A stretch of DNA of 54,393 bases from Candidatus Nanopelagicales bacterium (GTDB lineage Bacteria; Actinomycetota; Actinomycetes; S36-B12; UBA5976), in contig JBDNJO010000002.1 of NCBI GenBank assembly GCA_041687715.1, positions 1 through 54,393 on the forward strand, in the 5' to 3' direction. Position 1 is the first letter of the stretch. Each line of letters begins with the position of its first letter. A program made the translations under genes and the position numbers. The notes below the pieces were generated by a model. The model was given only the letters and a program-made list of their open reading frames with translations, did not search any database and had not been told where the DNA came from. Shown one piece after another: positions 17,829 to 27,634 of the stretch.

Positions 17829-19022
17829 GTGACCTACTCACCGCGATTAAAAATAGCGATCAGTCTGGGAAACATTGCGGGTTTAATTTCTCGGAGCTTC
17901 AATCGTGGGCGAGGTGAAACCTTAACGGGTCGAGTGATTTTGGCAATTTGCCCAGATGCAATCAGCAATCTTGCAATCAACCGGGACATAGTTTTAGTTT
18001 CGGGTACTAATGGTAAAACTACTTCAACATCAAACTTGGTAGAAATTCTCTCTAGATTAGCTGGCGAGGGAGTTAGCACTAGTCGTTCAGGTGCCAACAT
18101 GCCCGCAGGGATAGCAGCTGCACTGGCACAGAAACCACAGCATCGTCTTGCCGTAATTGAATGTGACGAAATGTATTTGCCAGCTATGTATCGCGCGATT
18201 TCACCAACAGTAATAGTACTTTTGAATTTGTCACGTGATCAACTTCATCGAACTGGTGAGGTTAGAAAAGTTGCGCAGTTATGGCGAGATGCTTTTACGG
18301 CTGATGACGTAACTTTAGTAATTGATCGGGACGATCCATTTTTGGAGTATGCCGCAGCGCAATCGGGGCACGTAATTCGAGCTTCATTTGGTGGGCGTCG
18401 TCATCCTGACGCAGCTACTTGCCCTGAGTGCTCTCAGATTTTGGATTGGTCCAAGGGTAATTATTCTTGTAAGTGTGGTTTGGGTTCCAAGCTCCCTGAT
18501 GTGCGAGGTGACAAGAATCTTCGTGGTCCGCAGCGAAATACAGTACTGATAATCGAAGCAGCTCGGTTAATGGGTGCCGAAATTTTGGCTGATGATGCAC
18601 AGCTAATTCTTGCTAACTCACCAGATCGTGTTAGCCAATTCGACATTAATGGGCGAATGATTTCAACACACTTGGCAAAGAACCCAGAGAGTTGGCGCGA
18701 GGCGTTAGCTCAGTTGAATGCGCAACAGATAATTCTTTCCATAAATGCGCGTGGTATTGATGGCAGGGATACTTCTTGGCTCTGGGATATTGATTTTGCA
18801 AGTCTGCAGGGTAAGAAGGTTGTTTGCACAGGTGAGCGGCGATTAGATGTTGCTTACCGCATAAAAGTGCAAGGAGTAGAAGTTTGCGTCGCTTCGGACA
18901 TTGAGCAGGCCGTATCTTATTTTCCAACTGGGATGATTCAAGCAATTGCTAGCTACACCGCCTTCCAGGACTTAGCAGTTCGAGAACTTGGCATTACCAA
19001 GGTGCAGGGTGAGCGCAAGTGA
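17829..19022 (+). CDS. murT: Mur-ligase-like lipid II isoglutaminyl synthase subunit
   Basis: 397 aa with the SGTNGKTT P-loop, the Cys4 ribbon CPEC...CKC and a C-terminal DUF1727-like part. Confidence 0.87.
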   Translation: MTYSPRLKIAISLGNIAGLISRSFNRGRGETLTGRVILAICPDAISNLAINRDIVLVSGTNGKTTSTSNLVEILSRLAGEGVSTSRSGANMPAGIAAALAQKPQHRLAVIECDEMYLPAMYRAISPTVIVLLNLSRDQLHRTGEVRKVAQLWRDAFTADDVTLVIDRDDPFLEYAAAQSGHVIRASFGGRRHPDAATCPECSQILDWSKGNYSCKCGLGSKLPDVRGDKNLRGPQRNTVLIIEAARLMGAEILADDAQLILANSPDRVSQFDINGRMISTHLAKNPESWREALAQLNAQQIILSINARGIDGRDTSWLWDIDFASLQGKKVVCTGERRLDVAYRIKVQGVEVCVASDIEQAVSYFPTGMIQAIASYTAFQDLAVRELGITKVQGERK

Positions 19023-19720
19023 GCTTAACGATAGTGCGGCTGTATCACGATTTGTTGGGCACATACGGCGATCAGGGCAATGCTGAAGTCTTGTGTTACC
19101 GCGCAAAAGCTCGCGGTTTCGAAGTTGATTTGGTTGAAGTAAATCCAGGGGAACCAACACCACGCGGTGGTGACATTTACTTACTTGGTGGCGGGGAAGA
19201 CGGACCACAATTGGCTGCATTAGAGATGCTCAGTAATGATGGCGGACTTAAATATGCAGCCGCAGGCGGAGCTACCGTATTTGCAGTGTGCGCTGGGTTC
19301 CAGATAATCGGTGTTTCATTGCCAGCCGCCAGTGGGGAAACCGTAAGTGGTCTTGGTCTTGTTGACGCCCAAACTATTTATCCAGAAGCCCCACGAAGCG
19401 TTGGTGAGTTGGTGATTGCGCCAACGAGAGGCGAGCTGCCAGCGTTGACCGGTTTTGAGAATCACCAAGGCTTAACACAGTTAGGACCAGAAATGCCACC
19501 ACTAGGGCGAGTTATAAGTGGTGTTGGAAATGGCTACCGCGGGACAGAAGGCGTCTGGCACGGAAATATTTTTGGCACATACATGCACGGCCCAGCACTA
19601 GCTAGAAACCCAGAACTGGCGGATGCCGTTTTGCAGTGTGCAGTTGGACCGATGGCTCGTTTCGATGACGAGCTAGCAATTTCGTTAGCGCAGGAGCGAA
19701 GACGGGCATTAGGGGAGTAA
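19019..19720 (+). CDS. gatD: Glutamine amidotransferase subunit of lipid II isoglutaminyl synthase (CobQ/CobB-type GATase)
   Basis: 233 aa with the catalytic-Cys context FAVCAGFQ. It overlaps murT by 4 nt. Confidence 0.87.
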   Translation: MSLTIVRLYHDLLGTYGDQGNAEVLCYRAKARGFEVDLVEVNPGEPTPRGGDIYLLGGGEDGPQLAALEMLSNDGGLKYAAAGGATVFAVCAGFQIIGVSLPAASGETVSGLGLVDAQTIYPEAPRSVGELVIAPTRGELPALTGFENHQGLTQLGPEMPPLGRVISGVGNGYRGTEGVWHGNIFGTYMHGPALARNPELADAVLQCAVGPMARFDDELAISLAQERRRALGE

Positions 19721-19723
19721 TTG

Positions 19724-19762
19724 AAAAAACCCACCCCAAGGTTTCCTTGGAGTGGGTTTTTC
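19724..19762. terminator. Bidirectional intrinsic terminator between gatD and qcrB
   Basis: AAAAAA-ACCCACCCCAAGG-TTT-CCTTGGAGTGGGT-TTTTT, a 13-bp stem with one mismatch, flanked by an A-tract and a T-tract. Confidence 0.8.
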
Positions 19763-19773
19763 TCGGGGCCGCG

Positions 19774-21456
19774 CTAGTGGTTCGCTATTTCTTTGGTGTT
19801 GGATTGTGCGGCGTGTAGCTCATGCTCCGCGTGGTTTGCTGATTCGAGCATTTCCTCATCCGTTGGAGTAGGAATAACATCGGAGTAGTACCAGCGGGAC
19901 AACTTTGCTCGCATTATGGATTTCGCAGCCTTAGGATTACGAACTCCATTTGCATCGACTGCAGCTGGTAACTCCAGAGGAATCACGTCAGCTTTACCAA
20001 GGATCATAGCTTTTTCTGCATCGCCAATTGGTTCGTGAATCTCCAGGAACTCACCACTTGGTAAGCGAAGAACTCGACCAGTTTCATAACCATGCAGCAA
20101 CTTATCGTTGTCACGGCGCTGAAGTCCCAGACAGATACGCTTTGTTATTACAAATGCGATAGGCGGTAAAGCAAATAACAAGAATCTAAAAGTCCAAGTC
20201 ATTGAGTTAATAGATAAATTGAAAGCTGCTGCGATCACGTCATTTCCACCAGCTATTTGCAGAATCATATAGAAGGTAAGCGCCATCACCCCTAACCCAG
20301 TTCGCGTCGGTGCATTACGCGGCCTATCAAGTAAATGATGTTCGCGCTTGTCGCCAGTTGCCCAAGCTTCAATCCAAGGGTAAAGGCCAAGGGCAGTAAA
20401 CATAATGCCAGGAACTACAAGAGCAGGGACAATAATGTTCCAGCTAATTGTGTAACCCAGCAAGCTCGTTTCTAAGTTTGGCATTAAGCGCACTGCGCCA
20501 TCTAGCCAACCTATGTACCAGTCTGGTTGCGATCCTGCGGTCACTTGCGAGGGTGTGTAAGGTCCGTACAGCCAAATTGGGTTGATTGTTACGAACGCAG
20601 CAATCAGAACTGTGATTCCGAATACTACGAAGAAAAAACCGCCAGCTTTTGCCATGTAAATCGGGAATAACCGGAAGCCCACAACGTTACTTTCAGTGCG
20701 ACCTGGTCCAGGGAACTGAGTGTGCTTTTGGTAAAACACCATGATCAAGTGGACTGTTATTAGCCCGAGTAACAGTCCAGGGATAAGCAGAATGTGAATT
20801 GAATACAAGCGTCCCATGATGTCGGTACCAGGGAACTCGCCACCAAATAGGAACATAGCTACGTAAGTTCCTACAAGAGGGATTGCTTGAATAATTCCTT
20901 GTGCGATGCGAAGCCCAGTTCCAGATAACAAATCATCGGGGAGCGAGTAACCAGAGAAACCCTCAAGCAGTGCAAGCACAAGTAGAAGAGTTCCGATTAC
21001 CCAGTTAATTTCGCGTGGCTTGCGGAATGCGCCGGTGAAAAAGACTCGGAGTAAGTGAACTGAAATTGCTGCTACGAAAAACAGTGCTGCCCAGTGATGG
21101 ATTTGGCGAAGCAAGAGTCCGCCGCGAACATCAAAGGAAATCGCCAAAGTAGAAGAAAATGCCTCCGACATCTTGACGCCCTTGAGGGGAACGTAAGAAC
21201 CGTTATAAACGACCTCAGTCATTGACGGGTTGTACCAAAGGGTTAAGTAAGTGCCAGAAAGCAATAAAATAATGAAGCTGTAAAGTGCAATTTCGCCCAG
21301 CATGAACGACCAATGGTCAGGGAAGACTTTGTCCAGAAGGCGTTTAGTGAAATTTGCTGATGCTAGCCGGTCGTCAATGAATGTCGCGACGCCACCATTT
21401 TTCCCTGCTGCATTTGTGTTCGCCGGTGTTGCTACTGAATCTTGAGTTGTACTCAT
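19774..21456 (-). CDS. qcrB: Cytochrome bc1 complex, cytochrome b subunit
   Basis: 560 aa polytopic protein with cytochrome b heme-ligand helices and the long C-terminal tail typical of actinobacteria. Confidence 0.94.
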   Translation of the reverse strand: MSTTQDSVATPANTNAAGKNGGVATFIDDRLASANFTKRLLDKVFPDHWSFMLGEIALYSFIILLLSGTYLTLWYNPSMTEVVYNGSYVPLKGVKMSEAFSSTLAISFDVRGGLLLRQIHHWAALFFVAAISVHLLRVFFTGAFRKPREINWVIGTLLLVLALLEGFSGYSLPDDLLSGTGLRIAQGIIQAIPLVGTYVAMFLFGGEFPGTDIMGRLYSIHILLIPGLLLGLITVHLIMVFYQKHTQFPGPGRTESNVVGFRLFPIYMAKAGGFFFVVFGITVLIAAFVTINPIWLYGPYTPSQVTAGSQPDWYIGWLDGAVRLMPNLETSLLGYTISWNIIVPALVVPGIMFTALGLYPWIEAWATGDKREHHLLDRPRNAPTRTGLGVMALTFYMILQIAGGNDVIAAAFNLSINSMTWTFRFLLFALPPIAFVITKRICLGLQRRDNDKLLHGYETGRVLRLPSGEFLEIHEPIGDAEKAMILGKADVIPLELPAAVDANGVRNPKAAKSIMRAKLSRWYYSDVIPTPTDEEMLESANHAEHELHAAQSNTKEIANH

Positions 21457-22496
21457 CCACGCTCCCAGAAACTTGGTCCTACAGGTTGATCAAATCCACT
21501 TTGGGCAACTAGATAGCCCTCGCTATCCACTGTTATCGCAAGCTGTGGCATGCGACGTGCAGCTGGTCCGAAAACCACATTGCCCGAGTCTGATAAGTCA
21601 AATGTAGACTGATGACAAGGACACAGCAAGTGGTGAGTGCGCTGCTGGTACAAGGAAGTCGGGCAACCCAGATGGGTGCAAATCTTGGAAAAAGCCAAGA
21701 TTCCCTGATAATCCCAAGTTTCACCTTGCTGGGAAACTATCTCGGCCGGATCCATGCGAACAATGATGATGGAAGCCTTACCGCGTTGGTTTAGCGTCCC
21801 TTCATCGTGTTCAATTTCCAGCAAGTTTTCCGGTACGGCATTGATTAGGCCACCCAATGGCACGTCAGATGCTTTGATTTTTCGGTACGTGGCATCGGTG
21901 ACTAGATGGATGCCCTTATCCCAAATGGTTTCCCGCAATCGAGTGCCAGGAAGTGGACCTAAGTCCCGAAGTAGGACAATAAGTGGCACTGGAAATAGGG
22001 CTAAGGCGCCGAGAAGTGAACGACGGATGATTTTGCGTTCACCAAATCCTGATTCAGCCTTGCCGCGTGCAAAACTTTCGGCAACTGCTTGGCGCTCATC
22101 ATCGCGAGAAGTCAACGAATGACGCTCTTGGGTTACTTCAACATCTGGCATTAACTTCTTTGCCCAATGAATTGCGCCAATACCAATAAGTAAAATCGCC
22201 ATTCCAAACGCAAACCCAGTTGCTAAGTGGTTGGCATTAACGGTTCCAATAACTGGGACTGTGATGATCGTGGTATTCGGAATTACCACGAATGCAACGA
22301 TAAATAAAATGATCATTAACGAAGAAGTTGTAAACATAGCCGCTACTTGGCGCTCAGCTCTACGAGCTGCCTTGGGATCTATGTCTGCTTTACGAAGTAC
22401 GTGCGGTTCCATCGGGAAAACCGTGATCCCACTTACCAAATCTTTTCCATCTTTGGCGCCGTACGGATCACCTGTTGGATGCTCTAATTCATTCAT
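21453..22496 (-). CDS. qcrA: Cytochrome bc1 complex, Rieske iron-sulfur subunit
   Basis: Rieske boxes CTHLGCP and CPCHQS, plus N-terminal TM helices. Confidence 0.93.
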   Translation of the reverse strand: MNELEHPTGDPYGAKDGKDLVSGITVFPMEPHVLRKADIDPKAARRAERQVAAMFTTSSLMIILFIVAFVVIPNTTIITVPVIGTVNANHLATGFAFGMAILLIGIGAIHWAKKLMPDVEVTQERHSLTSRDDERQAVAESFARGKAESGFGERKIIRRSLLGALALFPVPLIVLLRDLGPLPGTRLRETIWDKGIHLVTDATYRKIKASDVPLGGLINAVPENLLEIEHDEGTLNQRGKASIIIVRMDPAEIVSQQGETWDYQGILAFSKICTHLGCPTSLYQQRTHHLLCPCHQSTFDLSDSGNVVFGPAARRMPQLAITVDSEGYLVAQSGFDQPVGPSFWERG

Positions 22497-23272
22497 TATT
22501 TTGATTTAGCCCCAATCCATACTGCAGACACGATTAGCACGCCAAGTCCGACAATAAAAAGAAATAGCCCTTCAGTTACCGGGCCAAGTCGACCCAGTGT
22601 TGCGCCACCAGGGCTAATATTTTTCTGCAACTCTTGCACGTAAGCAATGATGTCTTTCTTGTCTTGCTCGGTAAGTGTTTGGTCACTGAAAAGTGGCATT
22701 GACTGTGGCCCTGAAATCATGGCCTCGTAGAGGTACTTAGCATCAGAGCCCATCAAGTTAGGGGCCATTCGACCCTGCGATAAAGCGCCGCCAGTTCCTG
22801 ATGCGCCGTGACATTGTGCGCAGTTAGTGCGGAACAACTCACCGCCAAGTGCAAGTTCGGCATCTGAAGTGTCAAGCATTTCTTGCGTTGGAATTGCTGG
22901 GCCAATGCCCAATGTGGCAATAAAGGCAGCCAGGGCGGCGGTTTCCTCAGGATTGTAGGAAGGCATACTTGCCATGGCTTGAACGCCAGGTGCGGCAAGT
23001 GGCATACGTCCAGTACCAACTTGGAAATCAACGGATGCTGCACCAACACCAATTAATGATGGACCATCTGATCCACCCTGAGCTGCAAGTCCATGACAAG
23101 AAGAGCACCCTTCTAGGAATAGTTGCTTACCCTGTTCAACTTGAGTCTCAGATTGTGTCGCAACCTTTGGCGTAGTTTGGTTGGAAACGGCAGCGTACGC
23201 TACGCCGGTCGTGCCCAATGCAACAGCAAGGACTGCAAATAGTGCTGCTGGGTGCCTTTTGTTAAGTGCCAC
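22496..23272 (-). CDS. qcrC: Cytochrome bc1 complex, diheme cytochrome c subunit
   Basis: Two CxxCH sites (CSSCH and CAQCH) and a C-terminal TM anchor. Confidence 0.93.
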   Translation of the reverse strand: MALNKRHPAALFAVLAVALGTTGVAYAAVSNQTTPKVATQSETQVEQGKQLFLEGCSSCHGLAAQGGSDGPSLIGVGAASVDFQVGTGRMPLAAPGVQAMASMPSYNPEETAALAAFIATLGIGPAIPTQEMLDTSDAELALGGELFRTNCAQCHGASGTGGALSQGRMAPNLMGSDAKYLYEAMISGPQSMPLFSDQTLTEQDKKDIIAYVQELQKNISPGGATLGRLGPVTEGLFLFIVGLGVLIVSAVWIGAKSK

Positions 23273-23316
23273 TTTCTATTTCCTAACTTAGTTAAAACTA
23301 TTTCGAATCTTGAGAA

Positions 23317-23913
23317 CTATTGGATCAAATAAATCGTTGCAAACAGCGCAATCCAAACTACGTCAACAAAGTGCCAGTAGTACGAGACAACGATTGCGGT
23401 GGTGGCTTGCTGGTGCGAGTAATGCTTAGTCGCGTAAGTTCGGCCAAGCACAAAGATAAACGCAATAAGGCCACCAGTCACATGCAGTCCGTGAAAACCA
23501 GTAGTTAAATAAAAGGCTGAAGAGTAAGCATTTGTTGAAAGTGTTAATCCTTCGTGCACAAGGACTGAGTATTCATAAACTTGACCTGCGACGAAGTAGA
23601 ATCCCATCAAGAATGTGATTACAAACCATTTGCGCAAACCTTTTACATCGCCGCGCTCTGCCGCAAATACCCCGAGCTGACAAGTAACTGAGGACAACAC
23701 CAAAATTGTGGTGTTAAAAGCCGCAAACGGAATGTTGAGAAGTTTTACTTCTTCGAGCCACAATTCGGTGTTTACCGCGCGCAACGTGAAGTACATCGCA
23801 AACAGACCTGCGAAGAACATCAACTCACTCGCTAGCCAAACAATCGTGCCAATTGACACCATATTTGGGCGTTCGGCGACAGTCGGTATGCGGATCACAG
23901 AAGAGGTACTCAC
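23317..23913 (-). CDS. ctaE: Cytochrome c oxidase subunit III
   Basis: From GTG 23913 the N-terminus reads [38 protein letters not shown], which parallels mycobacterial CtaE. The ORF-track start 24057 adds about 48 non-homologous residues. Confidence 0.88.
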   Translation of the reverse strand: MSTSSVIRIPTVAERPNMVSIGTIVWLASELMFFAGLFAMYFTLRAVNTELWLEEVKLLNIPFAAFNTTILVLSSVTCQLGVFAAERGDVKGLRKWFVITFLMGFYFVAGQVYEYSVLVHEGLTLSTNAYSSAFYLTTGFHGLHVTGGLIAFIFVLGRTYATKHYSHQQATTAIVVSYYWHFVDVVWIALFATIYLIQ

Positions 23914-24039
23914 AATCGCTAGTTTAGCCAAGACTTTGCCAAAAATCCCCGCAGGATGCCTGATTTTAAGGGATGTGACCAACGCCATTTCGCGACTGCA
24001 AATTACCACCCAACGGGTTTGGTCAGATACTCTTTGGGG

Positions 24040-24450
24040 GTGTCTGAGGCTACCCAAAACCTAAAAGTCCTAATTTACAGTGACGACTCCGCAGTCCGTG
24101 CCAGCGTGAAAGTGGCGTTAGGGGTGCGGCCTTCTCTTGATTTTGGAAATTTAGAAGTTTTAGAGTGTGCAACGCAACCAGCCGTGCTGGCAAATGTCGA
24201 CCCTGGAACATTTGATCTCTTAATCCTTGATGGCGAAGCAACCCCATATGGTGGCATGGGACTTTGCCGTCAATTAAAAGACGAAATTTATAACTGTCCG
24301 CCTGTTTTAGTACTTGTTGGACGTGCTGATGATCGCTGGCTAGCTACCTGGTCTCGAGCTGACGCCGTAGTTGCTCATCCAATTGATCCTCGGGCGCTGG
24401 TTAACGCAGCTGTGCAACTTCTTAAATCTCGAAACTCTGTTACTAAGTAA
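24040..24450 (+). CDS. Stand-alone receiver-like (CheY-fold) protein, atypical
   Basis: [11 protein letters not shown] (acidic pair), [10 protein letters not shown] (acceptor Asp), PVLVLVG and AHPIDP. There is no output domain. The start is uncertain: GTG 24040, TTG 24034 or ATG 23956. Confidence 0.6.
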   Translation: MSEATQNLKVLIYSDDSAVRASVKVALGVRPSLDFGNLEVLECATQPAVLANVDPGTFDLLILDGEATPYGGMGLCRQLKDEIYNCPPVLVLVGRADDRWLATWSRADAVVAHPIDPRALVNAAVQLLKSRNSVTK

Positions 24451-24475
24451 TTTTAAGAGTTGGTACCTGATTTTT

Positions 24476-25561
24476 ATGAGTCAATTTTCTTGGAAAGAAA
24501 TTCTTGGGGCTCTTGTAGCAAGCCAAGATCTCACTTTTGATCAGGCCTACTGGGCTATGAACGAAATGATGTCTGGTACTGCCACCGATTCACAGATTGC
24601 TGGACTTGCAGTTGGCTTGCGAGTCAAAGGCGAGTCGGTCGCCGAAGTAAGTGGCATGGTCAAAGCGATGCTGGCCAATGCAATCGAAGTTAATTTAGAT
24701 CGAATCGCAGTAGATGTAGTTGGCACCGGCGGTGATGGTGCGCACACTGTGAACATTTCGACCATGGCTGCCATTACGGTTGCAGGCGCTGGCATTCCAG
24801 TTTTGAAACATGGTAACCGAGCAATTTCTTCGAAGGCGGGCACGGCAGATGTGCTCGAAGCGCTGGGTGTGGCAATAAATATGCCAACGTCACTACTTTC
24901 TTCCTGCGTTGCTGATGCTGGCATTGCATTCTGCTTTGCACCCGCGCATCACCCCGCAATGAAATATGCGGGAGCAGTTCGCAAGGAACTTGGAATTCCA
25001 ACTGTTTTTAATGTGCTCGGACCACTTTCAAACCCAGGTCAACCAGAAGCCTCGCTACTTGGCTGCGCAGATTTGCGGTTAGCCCCAGTGCTGGCACAAG
25101 TGCAATTAGAGCGGGGCTTTAAATCAATTGTTGTGCGAAGCCTTGATGGCCTAGATGAGTTTTCGACATCCGCTGCAACGCAAGTCTGGGATGTCACTTC
25201 AGGAGAGCTTCGCGAAGAGACTATTACGCCACAATCCCTTGGACTTTTGCCGGCAACAATTGCCGAACTTCGTGGTGGAGATGCAAAGTTCAACGCGCAA
25301 GTTGTTTTAGACATACTAAGCGGACGAAGCGATGGCAACTATCGAGCTATCCGCGACGTAGTTGCGCTCAATGCAGCTGCAACGATAGTGGCCTACGACG
25401 CAGCTAAAGGTGCACAGCGTTTTGGGAATGTAATGGATTCAGTGGCAGCTCGAATACAAAGTGCGTTACCCACGGCTTATAGCTCGATTGATTCTGGGGC
25501 CGCGAGTAGTCAGCTCGAGGTCTGGGCTTCGGTAAGCCAAAGGTTCGCGTTAGGCGCTTAG
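24476..25561 (+). CDS. trpD: Anthranilate phosphoribosyltransferase
   Basis: 361 aa from ATG 24476 (MSQFSWKEIL...) with the VVGTGGDG motif. The ORF-track start 24371 overlaps the upstream gene. Confidence 0.93.
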   Translation: MSQFSWKEILGALVASQDLTFDQAYWAMNEMMSGTATDSQIAGLAVGLRVKGESVAEVSGMVKAMLANAIEVNLDRIAVDVVGTGGDGAHTVNISTMAAITVAGAGIPVLKHGNRAISSKAGTADVLEALGVAINMPTSLLSSCVADAGIAFCFAPAHHPAMKYAGAVRKELGIPTVFNVLGPLSNPGQPEASLLGCADLRLAPVLAQVQLERGFKSIVVRSLDGLDEFSTSAATQVWDVTSGELREETITPQSLGLLPATIAELRGGDAKFNAQVVLDILSGRSDGNYRAIRDVVALNAAATIVAYDAAKGAQRFGNVMDSVAARIQSALPTAYSSIDSGAASSQLEVWASVSQRFALGA

Positions 25562-27247
25562 TAGTTCTTGCGCTTTTACGGGAGCTGTAATTGAGTGGTG
25601 CCAAGTGTGATCAGGCGCAATTTCAACAAGGCGAGTGCTGCCATCGCCGAGCCACTTGAGCAACAGTTCTGTTTCAGAAACCAGCGTTGGCAGGCTTACA
25701 TCTGTTGCAATTGTTGACTTAAGTTGGGCTAAATAAGTTTTTGGATCTGCACCGGGCGCAGATTGAATCGCACCGGCCAACCGGCCATAAGTTATCGCGT
25801 GAATGTCCCAGCCGCCAAGCTCGTTGAGTTGGGCAGCGAGCAAAAATGGAATCGAAGCCAGCGAACGCAACTTTGTCGACCGATGCACACCACCAGCAAG
25901 AGCGTGCATGCGATCGCGGCTAAGTGCAGCTTCTTCGAATTTTTCAAGTTCGACAAATTTTTTGATGCTTCCCATAAATTTTGAAGTTACTTGAGAAGAG
26001 TCACCAGTGAGAATCTTTTTTGAAGTTGTAACGATTTCGTCATAACGAGCATTGTCAGTTTCTGGAATACATGGTGCGATACATCGATCCATTTCATAAA
26101 GGGCGCAGGGAGTCATTACTGTTTTGCTAGTAATTCGGTCTTTGCATTGCCGCAGCTTGGTAGTTTCGTGTAACGCGTCCATAGCTAATTGCGCCCATGA
26201 CTGATTCGAAAAAGGTCCAATAAATATTTTCTCAACAGGTGGCAGAGTTGCTTGGCGAATAATTGAAACTCGTGGAAACTTTTCATCAGTCAACGTCAGC
26301 CAAATTGTCTTTTCTGGATTTCGAGAGCGAGCGTTATAAGTCGGTCGCAGTTCATTAATAATGCGTAACTCTCGGATAGTTGCTTCCAAGCGAGTTTCGC
26401 AAACGTAAGCTTGCACTCTTTGCGCAAGTTCCACCATTGAAGTCATGCGGGATCTTGACTCTGCTGCTGTGAAATAAGTCATGACACGTTTGCGGATATT
26501 TTTTGAGGTTCCTACATATAGTGGCCGGTCAGTTCCATCATAGAAAATGTAGACACCAGGTGATTCTGGTAAGTCAGTTGCTAAGTGTCGTTTACGCCGG
26601 CGCCGTTCGGTTGCGGGTCCATTAAAGTTTTGCAGCCCTGCTAAATCATGGACGCCAAGGTTTCCAACGCGTTCAATTAAGCCATGAAGTACTGAGACGG
26701 TTGCCCTTGCATCATCGAGCGCGCGATGAGTGGGACTTACGGGAGCACTAAAAAAACGAGCAAGGGTTGCTAGCTTTTTATCTTTGACTTCATCTTTACG
26801 AAGTATTTTTCGAGCCAAGATAACGGTGTCAACAACTCTTGGAGCCGGCCAATGGATTTCAAATTTTGCGCAGGCAGACTTGAGAAAACCAACATCAAAT
26901 GGGGCATTATGTGCCACCAGAACAGGTGGATCTTGGGAATCGAAGCCAGCAAATGCCAGAAATTCGATGACCGCACTTGCCACACTTGGCGCAGTGGCAA
27001 CGTGATGATTAGTTATTCCGGTAAGCACAGATATAAAGGCAGGTATGGGCACGCCGGGATGACAAAATGTTCTAAATTCACCGATTACTTCGCCGCCACG
27101 GACTTTAACTGCGCCAATTTCCGTTATTCCCGCATCACTTGGCTTCCCACCTGCAGTTTCTAGATCAACTATGACAAAAGTGGTGTGGGCGAGTTGCTGG
27201 CCAATATCAGCAATGGTGAGAACACTTTGCCCCAGAAAATCACTCAT
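25550..27247 (-). CDS. DEDDh 3'-5' exonuclease (DnaQ-like) fused to a GIY-YIG/UvrC-like (Cho-type) nuclease
   Basis: FVIVDLETAG...HNAPFD...HRALDDA is followed by GVYIFYDG..PLYVGTSKNIRKR and a UvrC-like Cys cluster (CKD...C...CIAPC). Confidence 0.87.
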   Translation of the reverse strand: MSDFLGQSVLTIADIGQQLAHTTFVIVDLETAGGKPSDAGITEIGAVKVRGGEVIGEFRTFCHPGVPIPAFISVLTGITNHHVATAPSVASAVIEFLAFAGFDSQDPPVLVAHNAPFDVGFLKSACAKFEIHWPAPRVVDTVILARKILRKDEVKDKKLATLARFFSAPVSPTHRALDDARATVSVLHGLIERVGNLGVHDLAGLQNFNGPATERRRRKRHLATDLPESPGVYIFYDGTDRPLYVGTSKNIRKRVMTYFTAAESRSRMTSMVELAQRVQAYVCETRLEATIRELRIINELRPTYNARSRNPEKTIWLTLTDEKFPRVSIIRQATLPPVEKIFIGPFSNQSWAQLAMDALHETTKLRQCKDRITSKTVMTPCALYEMDRCIAPCIPETDNARYDEIVTTSKKILTGDSSQVTSKFMGSIKKFVELEKFEEAALSRDRMHALAGGVHRSTKLRSLASIPFLLAAQLNELGGWDIHAITYGRLAGAIQSAPGADPKTYLAQLKSTIATDVSLPTLVSETELLLKWLGDGSTRLVEIAPDHTWHHSITAPVKAQELLSA

Positions 27248-27390
27248 ATGGGGACTTTACTGGTTGCCACCGACAACTGCCTGGCGAGTTTATCTTGACA
27301 CAGGATTATTGGCGAGAAAAAGTGTCAGAGGTCAGTTCTAGCGTTTCAAGTAGTGCCAGAGAATGGCCCAATCGCTAGAGGGAGACGCTT

Positions 27391-27600
27391 ATGTTAATTG
27401 ACTGTGCAAGTTGTTTGATGCGAGACATTGCCTGCTCGGACTGTGTTGTCACGGCGCTGCTTGGACCAATGCCAGCATCGCTTAATGATCACAAAGAAGT
27501 CCTTGATGTCATGGCTGGGGCGGGATTGATTGCGCCACTTAGGTTGATAAAAGGCAGCGGCGAGAGCGAAAGCGAAAGTAGCACTGCAGTAGCGCGATAA
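27391..27600 (+). CDS. Small Cys4 hypothetical protein (69 aa)
   Basis: GGGAG SD 7 nt before the ATG. It has an N-terminal CxxC-x6-CxxC (C5, C8, C15, C18) and a C-terminal GSGESESESS tail. Confidence 0.55.
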   Translation: MLIDCASCLMRDIACSDCVVTALLGPMPASLNDHKEVLDVMAGAGLIAPLRLIKGSGESESESSTAVAR

Positions 27601-27634
27601 GAATTTGGCCAAACCACTACGGCAAGATAGTTCC

